DNA from: Nitrososphaeria archaeon
GTDB lineage: Archaea > Thermoproteota > Nitrososphaeria > JACIWG01
Assembly: GCA_050011875.1 (NCBI GenBank)
Contig: JBEKIG010000006.1
Location: forward strand, 43,586 to 107,585
Reading direction: 5' to 3'
DNA length: 64,000 bases
In this document: positions 37,826-48,156 of the stretch, piece by piece
Layout of the letters: every line of letters begins with the position of its first letter
Numbering within the stretch: the first letter of the stretch is position 1
Notes under the pieces: generated by a model
What the model saw: the letters and a program-made list of their open reading frames with translations, nothing else
Database searches by the model: none
What the model was told of the DNA's origin: nothing
Position numbers and translations under genes: made by a program

Positions 37826-40780
37826 TTGGATAGAAGTGAACTGATAAGAGGTTTTATACGTGACAATCTAGGCTTGTTGACTCTAAAGTCTTTCCCAGTC
37901 GAATTGTATAAGAAAGCAAAGCAAAAATATTTCATTGAAAGACATGGTAACTCTCAGCAAGGTGTACCCCGAGACTCAGAAATAGCTAGTGAGACCATTT
38001 GGTTCCTTATAAGGAGAAACCAAATACAATCACAGGATGAACTTGACAAAATTCTATCTGTTGGTCTAATGGCTGAGAAACTTAAAAATAAACAAACATT
38101 CTACGAATTTATCGAGTCAAGAAAGCCGTCTGAGCCTATTGTAGATTTTTCAAAGGTAAAACAAGCAGATTTCTTGGCTGGGATGCGTGAACAGATTAGG
38201 AAAGAACTTGAAAGCGAAATGAAAGTTTCCAATGTTTATAGAATAGAAGAACTAGATAAAGAAATCCAACGAAAAGTTGAAGAATATCAGTCTATTCCTT
38301 CGGTGATAGATGGTAAGGAATTCCCTGAACCTCCTCAACCCGTAATTGAGCTTGAAGCTCAGACATATATACCTTGGTGGAGGCAATTAAATCTAACCAA
38401 GGATCCATTCCCAGTAACAGAGGGATTGAGACGAATAGACCCTTCCTCATATGAAAGTGTAATAGTGAAAACACAAACCTTCCAGAAGTATTTGTCATAT
38501 TTAGACGAAGCTCCTGAAGAATTGTTTAAGAACACAATCTTTTTCGGTGAATTTGGGTCGGGTAAGACTACCCTTTTTGAATATTTAACGAAAGCTTTTT
38601 CATCCAAAGAGATATATTCTATATATGTACAGTTATATTCTGAGAAAGATCTCCAAAGTCTGAAGATTAAATTTAAGGAGAAAATGATTGAAGAACTTCA
38701 AGAAATTCTTAATGAACATGAAGGCGATGTATTAAGTATAGGAACAGCCAATATGGATATGACCTTAAGAACTCTTCTAAATAAGCTTGAGTCCAAATTG
38801 AATTCAAGAGGACTGATAATTTTCGTTGACGATCTACACAAGAATAAAGAAGATTATCCCGTATCTTTAGAATTCCTTAGTTATTTGCAAATATTTACAT
38901 CAGAGATAGTGAAAAAAACAGGTTTTCAAGATATTGCCTTCTACGTAGCAGGTGCCCTTCCATGGGAGCATGAAATAAGGACCCAACCAAGATATTCTGG
39001 TTCATTGGCTCGTCGTGAAACTATACCAGATATAACAGAAGAAGAGGCTTGGCAAATGCTTAATAAACGATTAGAGGCATTTTATCCCAACCCTGAAGTG
39101 AAGAGGACAGTAGACAGAAAATTTGTTGCTCAAGTTTATAAAGACTTGAAAATAAACAAATTTGAATTAACGTTCCGTGGTTTCATACGGCGTCTGGTAG
39201 ATGAATTCAAAATAGGTGACTTTCATGCTCTTACTAGTGACCCAGTTCATATACAACAAGATGTATTAGATCATATTAAAAAAGATCTCGAATCAAATAC
39301 AATACTTAAAGAAAGGTTCAATACCCTATTGCAGGAGAAAATTCAAGGAGTTGAACAAAGAGTTGCATCCCTTCGCCTTCTTGCTGATATATTCTTAAAA
39401 AAGTCGGTAAAAGACCAAGACTTAACTGAAAACAAATACTTCTGCTTGAAACAACTTAGTGACACTAGGCTTATCATCAAACAAAGAGAGAAGGAACATG
39501 ACTTTTCATGGATCATTTGTCCCGAGTTATCTGAGCGCGTTCGCTTCATTGCTTCCAATTATTCTCTATCACTCGAAGATTATATACTAAAAATATATGG
39601 TTTAACCCCAGGAAAACGTAAAGGTCTAAATGAAGAAATTCAACAAACAAAGACTTTTATCGATGAAAGTGTTGTGGAAGGTAAAGATATACTAGAAGGA
39701 GCATTAAAATTGCACAAAGAAATAATTGAAATTATGGAGAATTATAACCTAGAAATATCTGAAATCGAACTTGCAAGTAAGTGCAGACAATCATTAGAAC
39801 TGTTAACTAGATTTTATCTAACACAAGTTGAGCCAATCGATGAATCTAGCCCCTTTACTATTGGACTGGAATTCTGGAAGGATTACTGGTATTCTCCTAG
39901 AGAAATGGCACAATTCCAAAATGTGATATCTGACGAATATGAAATCAGACAGAGAATATGGCATGTTTGTAGTATTTATAGACAAGCTTACAGCTCAATT
40001 TTCGTGTTTATTACTAGAGAATATCAGTTCCTCACGTCTGTGCGTATACCTTCATTGCATCTAGATAATAGTGATATAAAACAGTTAGTCGAAGCGAGAG
40101 ACTGGTGGTCGAATCAGAATTACGAGCGATGCGTTCAGTGCCTATATGGTTCTATACAATCCAAGCTTAGAACATTTGTTCAGAACATTTTTACTTTAAT
40201 TTATGGTGATATAGATGACCGCTTTAATCATGTAGCAGAGCCTTTGCGTTCGCGAATAAGAGATAGTCTTCCTTCAAAACCTTCTTCGCTAATACAAGAA
40301 TTTTCCACTTTGACCTTAAAAGAAATTGGAGAGCTTATGACAGATGCCAATGCTAACAGAGAGATCAATAATTGGAACTGCCTTTTTTCAAAGCTTTTTC
40401 AACCTTTAACCAAAGATGAAATAACGGGATATATCAATAGATTATCGTCTCTGAAACTGCAATGTGACAACATGGAAGAGTTTGGCAAAGATATTTCTCT
40501 CGAATTGAGAGAACTACTGCTCTTCATGCGTGACCTTAGTTGCAAATCCAATATGGCATACGTCAATCTCTTACGTGAAGGTTTACAGATACGATTGAAT
40601 GTAACGAGTGCTATGCTATACATCACGCCAATTAACGAAATTGAAAAACTGAAAACAATTGGCCTGTCTTTTAGGCCGGAAGTGTTCCAAGCTCTTGATA
40701 CACACCTTTCATCTGGGACAATTAGTTTAAGTGATCAGAGTTATGCTAGAGAATATGAAGAAATCCCTGTACGACACTGA
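37826..40780 (+). CDS. Large P-loop (AAA+/STAND-like) NTPase with a degenerate Swt1/HEPN-like segment; N-terminal part of a probable ATPase-TIR fusion
   Basis: WWRQLNLTKDPF, Walker A GEFGSGKTT and Walker B LIIFVDDLH. It ends at a TGA, after which the same frame stays open into the TIR domain. Confidence 0.82.
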   Translation: MDRSELIRGFIRDNLGLLTLKSFPVELYKKAKQKYFIERHGNSQQGVPRDSEIASETIWFLIRRNQIQSQDELDKILSVGLMAEKLKNKQTFYEFIESRKPSEPIVDFSKVKQADFLAGMREQIRKELESEMKVSNVYRIEELDKEIQRKVEEYQSIPSVIDGKEFPEPPQPVIELEAQTYIPWWRQLNLTKDPFPVTEGLRRIDPSSYESVIVKTQTFQKYLSYLDEAPEELFKNTIFFGEFGSGKTTLFEYLTKAFSSKEIYSIYVQLYSEKDLQSLKIKFKEKMIEELQEILNEHEGDVLSIGTANMDMTLRTLLNKLESKLNSRGLIIFVDDLHKNKEDYPVSLEFLSYLQIFTSEIVKKTGFQDIAFYVAGALPWEHEIRTQPRYSGSLARRETIPDITEEEAWQMLNKRLEAFYPNPEVKRTVDRKFVAQVYKDLKINKFELTFRGFIRRLVDEFKIGDFHALTSDPVHIQQDVLDHIKKDLESNTILKERFNTLLQEKIQGVEQRVASLRLLADIFLKKSVKDQDLTENKYFCLKQLSDTRLIIKQREKEHDFSWIICPELSERVRFIASNYSLSLEDYILKIYGLTPGKRKGLNEEIQQTKTFIDESVVEGKDILEGALKLHKEIIEIMENYNLEISEIELASKCRQSLELLTRFYLTQVEPIDESSPFTIGLEFWKDYWYSPREMAQFQNVISDEYEIRQRIWHVCSIYRQAYSSIFVFITREYQFLTSVRIPSLHLDNSDIKQLVEARDWWSNQNYERCVQCLYGSIQSKLRTFVQNIFTLIYGDIDDRFNHVAEPLRSRIRDSLPSKPSSLIQEFSTLTLKEIGELMTDANANREINNWNCLFSKLFQPLTKDEITGYINRLSSLKLQCDNMEEFGKDISLELRELLLFMRDLSCKSNMAYVNLLREGLQIRLNVTSAMLYITPINEIEKLKTIGLSFRPEVFQALDTHLSSGTISLSDQSYAREYEEIPVRH

Positions 40781-40825
40781 ATAATATACTTAGCCTTAGC
40801 TACAAATGAAGGAAAGGCTTACATT

Positions 40826-41296
40826 TTGAATATCAAATCCAAATATACTATTGAAAAAGACAAGGGATCAACAATATCAATCAGGAGGGTGTTTAAATTT
40901 GCTGAAAAGCCTCCGAGGGTATTTATTTGTTATTCTAGCAAAGATAGGGATTTTGCCCAAAAGCTAGCAAAAGATCTGACAACGTATGGAATAATGGTGT
41001 GGTATGATGAATACGAGATAAAAGTCGGTGACTCGATTACAGAAAAGATTAGCAAAGCTCTTCAAGAATGTGATTATCTCTGTATTATATTGTCTCCAGA
41101 TTCCGTTAATTCAGAATGGGTTAAGAGAGAGCTGTCTGTAGCACTATTGGATGAGCTAGATCATAAGCGTGTTAAAGTCCTTCCAATCCTTTGGAAAGAC
41201 TGCCAAGTTCCCCCACTTATTCAGGATAAAAGACGAGCAAACTTCAGTCATATTTATGAAAAGGGACTTGAGGAACTGTTAGACCGTTTTTCCTAA
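40826..41296 (+). CDS. TIR domain protein (in frame with the upstream ATPase)
   Basis: VFICYSSKD, VWYDEYEIKVGDSI, LSPDSVNSEWVKREL with the catalytic Glu, and VLPIL. Confidence 0.9.
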   Translation: MNIKSKYTIEKDKGSTISIRRVFKFAEKPPRVFICYSSKDRDFAQKLAKDLTTYGIMVWYDEYEIKVGDSITEKISKALQECDYLCIILSPDSVNSEWVKRELSVALLDELDHKRVKVLPILWKDCQVPPLIQDKRRANFSHIYEKGLEELLDRFS

Positions 41297-41708
41297 ACCA
41301 ATGGAGAAAAATCTTTTATTTTATTATTGAGTAATAGAACACTTTGCTATTTGGCATGTATTGCTGACCAAAGGATGATTATTTATCTTCTCTAATGAAA
41401 AACCTAACCTGTTCAGTGAAACGGTATAGCCATTCCAGTAAAGAAACTCATGTATGGATCTTTGGTCTAGACCGATTATTGATAGAATTTTGGATTTTTC
41501 GAATAATAGACCAAAATCATGAAAATTTATCTGAACTTCATGGACAAAATTCTTAGTCAGATGGTGCCCCCATCCCATGCTGACAACTTTTTTAGTCTAA
41601 AATCGGCTGATCTAGCGGTTAAGATTCCTTTGGCTTTTAAAAAGTTAGGGGGAGGCTAACAGAAGATAATAATGGTGAAAGGGAGACCTTAAATTTGGAA
41701 TCCCAACC

Positions 41709-43337
41709 ATGGCCATCATTCATTTCCATTCATTCATGACCAGAGTTCCCACAATATGGGTAGAAGTCTATAATAATCAGTGTCATCAATCTGGTAGTGG
41801 TATGCCAGTTCAGGAGAAACTCTTCAACGAAGATAAGATGACCAATAATAACATTGAGAAGCGATTGTGGGATATTGCAAACAATCTGAGGGCAAATTCC
41901 AAGCTGAGCTCTTCCGAGTACTCCACCCCTGTGCTTGGGCTTATTTTCCTGCGTCATGCTGCCTTCAAATTTACCAAGAAACAAAAGGAGCTAGAAAAAA
42001 ATGTACAAGGCTCAAGAAGGCAGGTAGGTAAGCTGGATTTTCAGGCAGAGGGCGTACTTTACCTTCCGGAAAAAGCCAGATACTCCTACTTACTCAACCT
42101 ACCAGAAGGTGATGATATCGGCAAGGCCATGGATACGGCGATGGATGCTATTGAAGATGAGAATCCTGATCTTAAAGGAACGCTTCCTAGAGGTTATTCC
42201 AAGTTCTCAAATGATTTGCTTGTCACGCTCTTGAGAGCGTTCTCACAGATAGCCGATGATATTGAGGGAGACGTTTTCGGAAGGATCTACGAGTACTTTC
42301 TTGGCGAGTTTGCGATGACTGAAGGCCAGAAGGGTGGCGAGTTCTACACACCAATATCACTGGTCAAACTGATTGTCGAAGTGATTGAACCATTCCACGG
42401 CAAGATTCTTGACCCAGCATGTGGTTCAGGCGGTATGTTTGTTCAAAGTGCACGTTTCGTTGAAGAGCGAAAAAGGAATCCAAGTGAGGAATTGTCCATC
42501 TATGGCCAAGAAAGAGTCACAGGCACAGTAAATCTGTGCAAGATGAACCTTGCAGTCCACGGATTATCAGGCGATATAAGAGAGGGCAACAGCTACTATG
42601 AAGACATTCACAAAAGCACCGGTAAATTCGACTATGTTATGGCCAATCCCCCATTCAACGTCAAGAAAGTTGACTACGAAAAAGTCAAAGGAGATCATCG
42701 CTGGCCTTTCGGGTTACCATCGACTGATAATGCCAACTATCTGTGGATTCAGCTATTCTATTCTGCTTTAAATGACAAAGGCAGAGCAGGATTTGTCATG
42801 GCAAATTCTGCGGCAGATGCAAGAGGTGCTGAGTTAGAAATAAGAAAGAAACTGATTCAGTCAGATGCCATAGACGTAATGATTTCGATAAGTCCAAACT
42901 TCTTTTACACTGTAACACTACCATGCACATTATGGTTCTTGGACAAGGACAAAGTTAACACAAAAAGGAAAGGAAATATTCTTTTCATAGATGCTCGCAG
43001 TATCTTCAATCAAGTCGACAGGGCTCATAGAGAATTTGTTCCAGAGCAAATTGACCAAATAGCAGGAATAGTTAGAAGTTATCGTGAAGAGAAAGGAGCA
43101 AAGTCGTATAAGGATGTTCAAGGACTTTGTAAGATTACAACTCTCAAAGAAATAGAGGAACAAGGTTGGTCTTTGAATCCTGGCAGATATATTGGGGTCT
43201 CTGAAAAAAAGGAAGAAGATTATGATTTCAATGAGAGGATTGAAGAGTTTGATGAAGAACTTGAAACACTTAACGAAGAAGCACATCAGCTTGAAAAACA
43301 AATATCGGAGAACGTGAACAAATTATTAGGGGATTAA
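41709..43337 (+). CDS. hsdM: Type I R-M system DNA methyltransferase subunit
   Basis: [32 protein letters not shown] (m6A motif IV) and LNPGRY. The true start is probably 41802 or 41838. Confidence 0.95.
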   Translation: MAIIHFHSFMTRVPTIWVEVYNNQCHQSGSGMPVQEKLFNEDKMTNNNIEKRLWDIANNLRANSKLSSSEYSTPVLGLIFLRHAAFKFTKKQKELEKNVQGSRRQVGKLDFQAEGVLYLPEKARYSYLLNLPEGDDIGKAMDTAMDAIEDENPDLKGTLPRGYSKFSNDLLVTLLRAFSQIADDIEGDVFGRIYEYFLGEFAMTEGQKGGEFYTPISLVKLIVEVIEPFHGKILDPACGSGGMFVQSARFVEERKRNPSEELSIYGQERVTGTVNLCKMNLAVHGLSGDIREGNSYYEDIHKSTGKFDYVMANPPFNVKKVDYEKVKGDHRWPFGLPSTDNANYLWIQLFYSALNDKGRAGFVMANSAADARGAELEIRKKLIQSDAIDVMISISPNFFYTVTLPCTLWFLDKDKVNTKRKGNILFIDARSIFNQVDRAHREFVPEQIDQIAGIVRSYREEKGAKSYKDVQGLCKITTLKEIEEQGWSLNPGRYIGVSEKKEEDYDFNERIEEFDEELETLNEEAHQLEKQISENVNKLLGD

Positions 43338-43338
43338 A

Positions 43339-44616
43339 GTGACATCACAAGAATATGAAGTCAAATTGGGTGACTGCATTGAAACTTTAAAAGGATTTGC
43401 ATTCAAAAGTCAATGGTATACAGATAAAGGCGTCCCTTTGATAAAAGTGAGTGATTTTTCCGATGATTCAATATCAACAGAAAACATAACCTTTATACCT
43501 GAACACATTGCCAAGGATTTTGACAGATATAGAATCCGAGAAAACGATATAATCATTCAAACAGTGGGCTCCTGGCCGAGAAACCCAAAATCTGTTGTTG
43601 GAAAAGCAATTCTGGTTCCAAGAAACTGCAATAATTCTCTACTCAATCAGAATGCTGTTAAAATCATTCCAAATCGGAACATTGATAACAATTTTCTTTT
43701 CTATTTATTGAGGTCGAAGCAATTTAAAGACTACATTATAAACACAGCGCAAGGAGCTGCAAATCAAGCAAGCATAACATTGGAATCGATTAAGAACTTT
43801 AAATTTGTTTTGCCTGATTTCGATTCACAGAAAAAAATTGGCGCACAAATACGAAATTATGACGACCTCATCAAGAACAATTCTCGTCGTATTCAACTTC
43901 TCGAACATATAGCAAAACTTATCTATGATGAATGGTTTGTCAGATTCAAATTTCCGGGACATGAAAATATCGGGATAGTTGAATCTGAATTAGGAGATAT
44001 CCCAAAGGGATGGAAGGTCTCCAAATTGAGTGAAGTAATAGATATCGACCCGAAAATGGCATTTCTAAAAAATTCAGAAAAAGTCTATGTTCCAATGAGT
44101 GCGTTATCCCCGAACTCAATGTTAATTGACGAGTTTGAATTTCGAAGAGGTAATGATGGTTCGAAATTCAAGAATGGGGATACTTTATTCGCTCGCATTA
44201 CTCCTAGTCTTGAACATGGTAAGACTGCCTTCGTTCAGTTCCTTGGCCCAGACGAAGTTGCGTTAGGCTCTACAGAGTTCATTGTTTTCAGATCGAGAAC
44301 TCTGAACCCATATTATGTTTACTTTATTGCACGTAACGAAAATTTGCGGCAGCACGCAATTAAGAGTATGACTGGGGCGTCTGGTCGACAGAGGGTTCAA
44401 TCGTCTTGTTTTGACAGTTTCTATTTCCCACGTCCCGAAGAAGATACATTAACAAAGTTCGCTTCAATAGTAGCACCGATGTTTCATGAAATCCAAGTCC
44501 TTTGTAGGAAGAATCAAATATTGCAACACATGCGGAATCTGCTTCTACCAAAGTTGATTTCTGGTGAGATTAATGTTTCAGAATTGGATATTAAGGTTCC
44601 TGAAGTGGAAGCATGA
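43339..44616 (+). CDS. hsdS: Type I R-M specificity subunit
   Basis: Two TRDs separated by QKKIG...DDLIKNNSRRIQLLE...IYDEWFVRFKFPG, and LLLPKLISGEI at the C-terminus. Confidence 0.93.
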   Translation: MTSQEYEVKLGDCIETLKGFAFKSQWYTDKGVPLIKVSDFSDDSISTENITFIPEHIAKDFDRYRIRENDIIIQTVGSWPRNPKSVVGKAILVPRNCNNSLLNQNAVKIIPNRNIDNNFLFYLLRSKQFKDYIINTAQGAANQASITLESIKNFKFVLPDFDSQKKIGAQIRNYDDLIKNNSRRIQLLEHIAKLIYDEWFVRFKFPGHENIGIVESELGDIPKGWKVSKLSEVIDIDPKMAFLKNSEKVYVPMSALSPNSMLIDEFEFRRGNDGSKFKNGDTLFARITPSLEHGKTAFVQFLGPDEVALGSTEFIVFRSRTLNPYYVYFIARNENLRQHAIKSMTGASGRQRVQSSCFDSFYFPRPEEDTLTKFASIVAPMFHEIQVLCRKNQILQHMRNLLLPKLISGEINVSELDIKVPEVEA

Positions 44617-47600
44617 CTGACTACTCGGAAGATGAATTGATCGAGCGTTCAGCAATAAAGGTCCTAACTCAGGATTTGCATTATGAGTATCTAAACAGCT
44701 ATGAAGAGAAGTTTCCTCAGACTCTTGGCAGGGAAACAAAGTCAGACGTTGTTCTTGTCAATAGACTATCCAAGGCCATCAACAAACTGAATGAGGGATT
44801 GTCAGAGGAAGCCAAGAAAGAAGCTATCTCAGAATTACTGCAAGATAGAAGCAGGCTTTCCTTGGTCAAGGCCAATCAAGAATTCTACCAAATCATCAAA
44901 GATGGTGTCAAGGTCAAGACTAAGAATAACAGGGGAGAATACGAATACCGTAACGTAAAAATTATCGACTTCAACAATCCTGAAGCCAATGACTTCTTCC
45001 TTGCTTCGCAATTCTGGGTTTGTGGCGAAATCTATACAAGAAGACCTGACTTGGTGTGCTTCGTAAATGGCGTACCTCTTGTTATGATAGAGTTGAAAGC
45101 AAGAAGTGTGGATGTCAAGAGGGCATTTGACGATAACATTACAGATTACAAGGATACGATCCCGCAGCTCTTCTGGTATAATGCATTTGTTATCATCTCA
45201 AACGGCAGAGATGCAAAGATAGGTAGCATCACAAGTGGATATGAACACTTCTCTGAATGGAAGAAGGTTGACGCAGAAAAGGAGGTCGGTATCGTATCAC
45301 TGGAAAGAGTCCTGAAGGGAACTTGCGACAAGAATAGACTCATAGACTTATTTGAGAATTTCATTCTCTTTACAACAATCGAAGGAAAACAGGTCAAGCT
45401 GATTGCAAAGAACCATCAATACCTCGGTGTCAACAATGCCATTGAGGTCTTCAAGAATAGGAAGATGAACAACGGCAGATTGGGCGTCTTCTGGCACACA
45501 CAGGGCTCAGGTAAAAGCTATTCCATGATATTCTTCTCACAGAAAGTGCTCAGAAAATTTGAGGGACACTACACTTTTGTCATTGTCACAGACCGTCAGG
45601 AGCTCGACCAGCAGATTTACCAGAACTTCCAAAACGCTGGCGTGGTTACTGAAGAAAAGGTTCAAGCCGAAAGCGGTGAACATCTGAAGAGACTTTTGAG
45701 AGAAGACCATAGACTCGTATTCACGTTGATTCACAAATTCAATACCGAGAAGGGAGAAACCTATCCCAAGCTGTCTGATAGAGACGACATCATTGTCATG
45801 ACGGATGAGGCTCACCGGACACAATACGATATTCTTGCTCTAAATATGAGGAATGCTTTGCCCAATGCCTCATTCATTGCATTCACAGGAACGCCACTCA
45901 TGAAAGAAGGTGAAGAAAAGACGAGGGCCACTTTCGGTGATTACGTTAGTATCTACAACTTCAGAGAAAGCGTCGAAGACCAAGCCACCGTTCCACTCTA
46001 CTATGAGAATAGAGTTCCTGAACTACAAATCATCAACCCAAACCTAAACGATGACATATACAACGTAATTGAAGAAGCGGACTTGGATACGGCTCAGGAA
46101 GAGAAGCTGGCCCGAGAGTTTGATAGAGAATACCACATTTTAACGAGAGAAGACCGCCTCAACACCATCGCTGAAGATATCGTTAATCATTTCATCAACA
46201 GAGGCTATGGAGGCAAGGCCATGGTGGTATCAATTGATAAAATCACCACTGTTAAAATGTACGATAAGGTCCAATACTATTGGCAGAAATATATCAATAC
46301 CCTCAAAGCAAAAGCAGACAAAGCAAAATATGAGGATGCAACGCCAATAAATGACAAGATCGCACAGCAGAAAAAGGTAGACATGGCAGTAGTCATCAGC
46401 CAAGAACAGAACGAAGTCAAGAAATTCAAAGAAAAAGGCCTTGACATCGCTAAACATAGAAAGCGAATGGTCAATGAAGACCTGGCAACCATCTTCAAAG
46501 ACCCCGACAGTCACTTCAAGATAGTCTTCGTCTGCAATATGTGGATGACAGGATTTGACGTTCCATGTCTTTCCACAATTTACCTGGATAAACCGATGAA
46601 GAACCACACGCTAATGCAGGCAATCGCAAGAGCGAATAGAGTCTTCAAAGAGAAACAGGCAGGCTTCATTGTTGATTATGCCAACATCTTCAAGAATCTA
46701 AAGAAAGCACTCGCAATCTATGCAGCACCAATCCCAGGCGGACAAGTAGACCTGCCAATCCAATCAAAAGACGAACTCGTGCAGGTCTTGAGAGACTACA
46801 TCAAAGAACTGAACAAGTTCTTAGGGGAACAAGGCATTAACCAAGTGAAGATTATCACTAGCAAGGGAATAGAAAAGAATGCCCTACTTGATGCAGCGTT
46901 ATCAGCTCTCGTCATCAATGACAACGTTAAGAACAACTTCCTACAGAAGACAGGAATCGCAATTAAAACATACAGTGCAATATTACCTCATAAAGACGCA
47001 TCAGAATTCAGCGCTGACATTACGCTCTACCTAGAACTTGTCAGAGAAATACGCTCACTCGACCCAGAAGTTGATATAAACGCAGTCATGCAAAACGTAG
47101 AGACTGTCCTCGACAAATCGATAGCCTCAAAAAGCTACGTAATCAGCGAGTCAACTAAAAAAACTATTGACCTTAGCAAGATTGACTTTGAGGCATTGAG
47201 GAAAAAGTTCGAGAAGAAAAAGAGCAACGCAGACGTTGAACGTCTCAAGAACATTATCACATTCAAATTGAAAGAGATGGTACGACTAAATAGCATAAGG
47301 ATTGATTATCAAACAAGATTCCAGCAGCTTATTGACGACTATAATTCAGGTTCGATGAATCAAGAGACATTCTTCGATGAACTGGTTAGGTTTAGCATCG
47401 GTTTGGACAAGGAAGAAAGAAGAACATTGGTGGAAGGTTTAACCGAAGAAGAACTTGTTCTCTTCGATAAACTGAATAAACCAAATCTTCCAGAGAAAGA
47501 CAAAAACCAAATCAAGAAAGTGGCAAAAGACTTGCTACATAGACTCCAACCTGTGAAACTCGTACTTGATTGGAGAAAGAAACAGCAGACAAGAGCATCA

Positions 47601-47777
47601 GTCAGACTTGAAATCGAAAAAGAACTCGATGTTGGTCTACCAAAGATTTACACGCAAGAAGATTACCAACAAAAGTGTCAAGAGGTTTTCCAACACTTCT
47701 ATGACAATTACTTTGGAGATGGCCTAAGTGTATTCAACACAGGCTTTGGAGTTAATTTCCAGAGGAGGCTTGGATAG
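44613..47777 (+). CDS. hsdR: Type I restriction endonuclease subunit R
   Basis: RPDLVCFVNGVPLVMIELK nuclease motif, HTQGSGKS, DEAHR, FTGTP, MWMTGFDVP and QAIARANR. ATGA overlap with hsdS. Confidence 0.95.
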   Translation: MTDYSEDELIERSAIKVLTQDLHYEYLNSYEEKFPQTLGRETKSDVVLVNRLSKAINKLNEGLSEEAKKEAISELLQDRSRLSLVKANQEFYQIIKDGVKVKTKNNRGEYEYRNVKIIDFNNPEANDFFLASQFWVCGEIYTRRPDLVCFVNGVPLVMIELKARSVDVKRAFDDNITDYKDTIPQLFWYNAFVIISNGRDAKIGSITSGYEHFSEWKKVDAEKEVGIVSLERVLKGTCDKNRLIDLFENFILFTTIEGKQVKLIAKNHQYLGVNNAIEVFKNRKMNNGRLGVFWHTQGSGKSYSMIFFSQKVLRKFEGHYTFVIVTDRQELDQQIYQNFQNAGVVTEEKVQAESGEHLKRLLREDHRLVFTLIHKFNTEKGETYPKLSDRDDIIVMTDEAHRTQYDILALNMRNALPNASFIAFTGTPLMKEGEEKTRATFGDYVSIYNFRESVEDQATVPLYYENRVPELQIINPNLNDDIYNVIEEADLDTAQEEKLAREFDREYHILTREDRLNTIAEDIVNHFINRGYGGKAMVVSIDKITTVKMYDKVQYYWQKYINTLKAKADKAKYEDATPINDKIAQQKKVDMAVVISQEQNEVKKFKEKGLDIAKHRKRMVNEDLATIFKDPDSHFKIVFVCNMWMTGFDVPCLSTIYLDKPMKNHTLMQAIARANRVFKEKQAGFIVDYANIFKNLKKALAIYAAPIPGGQVDLPIQSKDELVQVLRDYIKELNKFLGEQGINQVKIITSKGIEKNALLDAALSALVINDNVKNNFLQKTGIAIKTYSAILPHKDASEFSADITLYLELVREIRSLDPEVDINAVMQNVETVLDKSIASKSYVISESTKKTIDLSKIDFEALRKKFEKKKSNADVERLKNIITFKLKEMVRLNSIRIDYQTRFQQLIDDYNSGSMNQETFFDELVRFSIGLDKEERRTLVEGLTEEELVLFDKLNKPNLPEKDKNQIKKVAKDLLHRLQPVKLVLDWRKKQQTRASVRLEIEKELDVGLPKIYTQEDYQQKCQEVFQHFYDNYFGDGLSVFNTGFGVNFQRRLG

Positions 47778-47973
47778 CTGAGAAGCATAGGTTACGGACC
47801 CCCCTCATTATTATGTTGCACATTGGCCTGATATTATAGCAATAGACGTAGATAGACCAGATGACCGATATGTTATTGAGTATGTCAACAGCGCGAGACA
47901 ATTCCTTTTGACTTGAGAGGGTATAAATGCTCTATCAACAGTAATGACCAGAGGTCTTATTGCTGATTTTTTT

Positions 47974-48028
47974 ATAAAGTAAAGCTTTGCGGATAAGGAG
48001 TTTGCTTCATGGACTCCTTTAAGCTTAT
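47974..48028 (+). repeat. 55-bp exact direct repeat, copy 1, containing a hairpin
   Basis: ataaagtaaagctttgcggataaggagtttgcttcatggactcctttaagcttat, identical to 52485-52539. Confidence 0.9.
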
Positions 48029-48039
48029 TGAGAAAATAT

Positions 48040-48106
48040 TCAATTTAGGTTAATGATTCTAGTCAATGCTTTAACTGCTTTTTCCCTTCGATCATAAGCC
48101 TGATCT
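48040..48106 (-). repeat. 67-bp imperfect repeat (gene 3'-end remnant), copy A
   Basis: 57/67 identical to 61022-61088. The minus strand reads DQAYDRREKAVKALTRIINLN*. Confidence 0.75.
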
Positions 48107-48156
48107 TCGATAAGGGAAATCAAAGTATTAACTAAACGTTTTACTCGATACTTGGT

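Noticed and set aside
40778-40780. Selenocysteine recoding of the in-frame TGA
   Set aside because: The context is not a redox or metal motif and I could not identify a SECIS-like hairpin. Trp-to-stop or a sequence error is simpler.
41324-41578. 84-aa minus-strand ORF between TIR and hsdM
   Set aside because: No recognisable motif or clear promoter; it may be a decayed fragment but cannot be supported.
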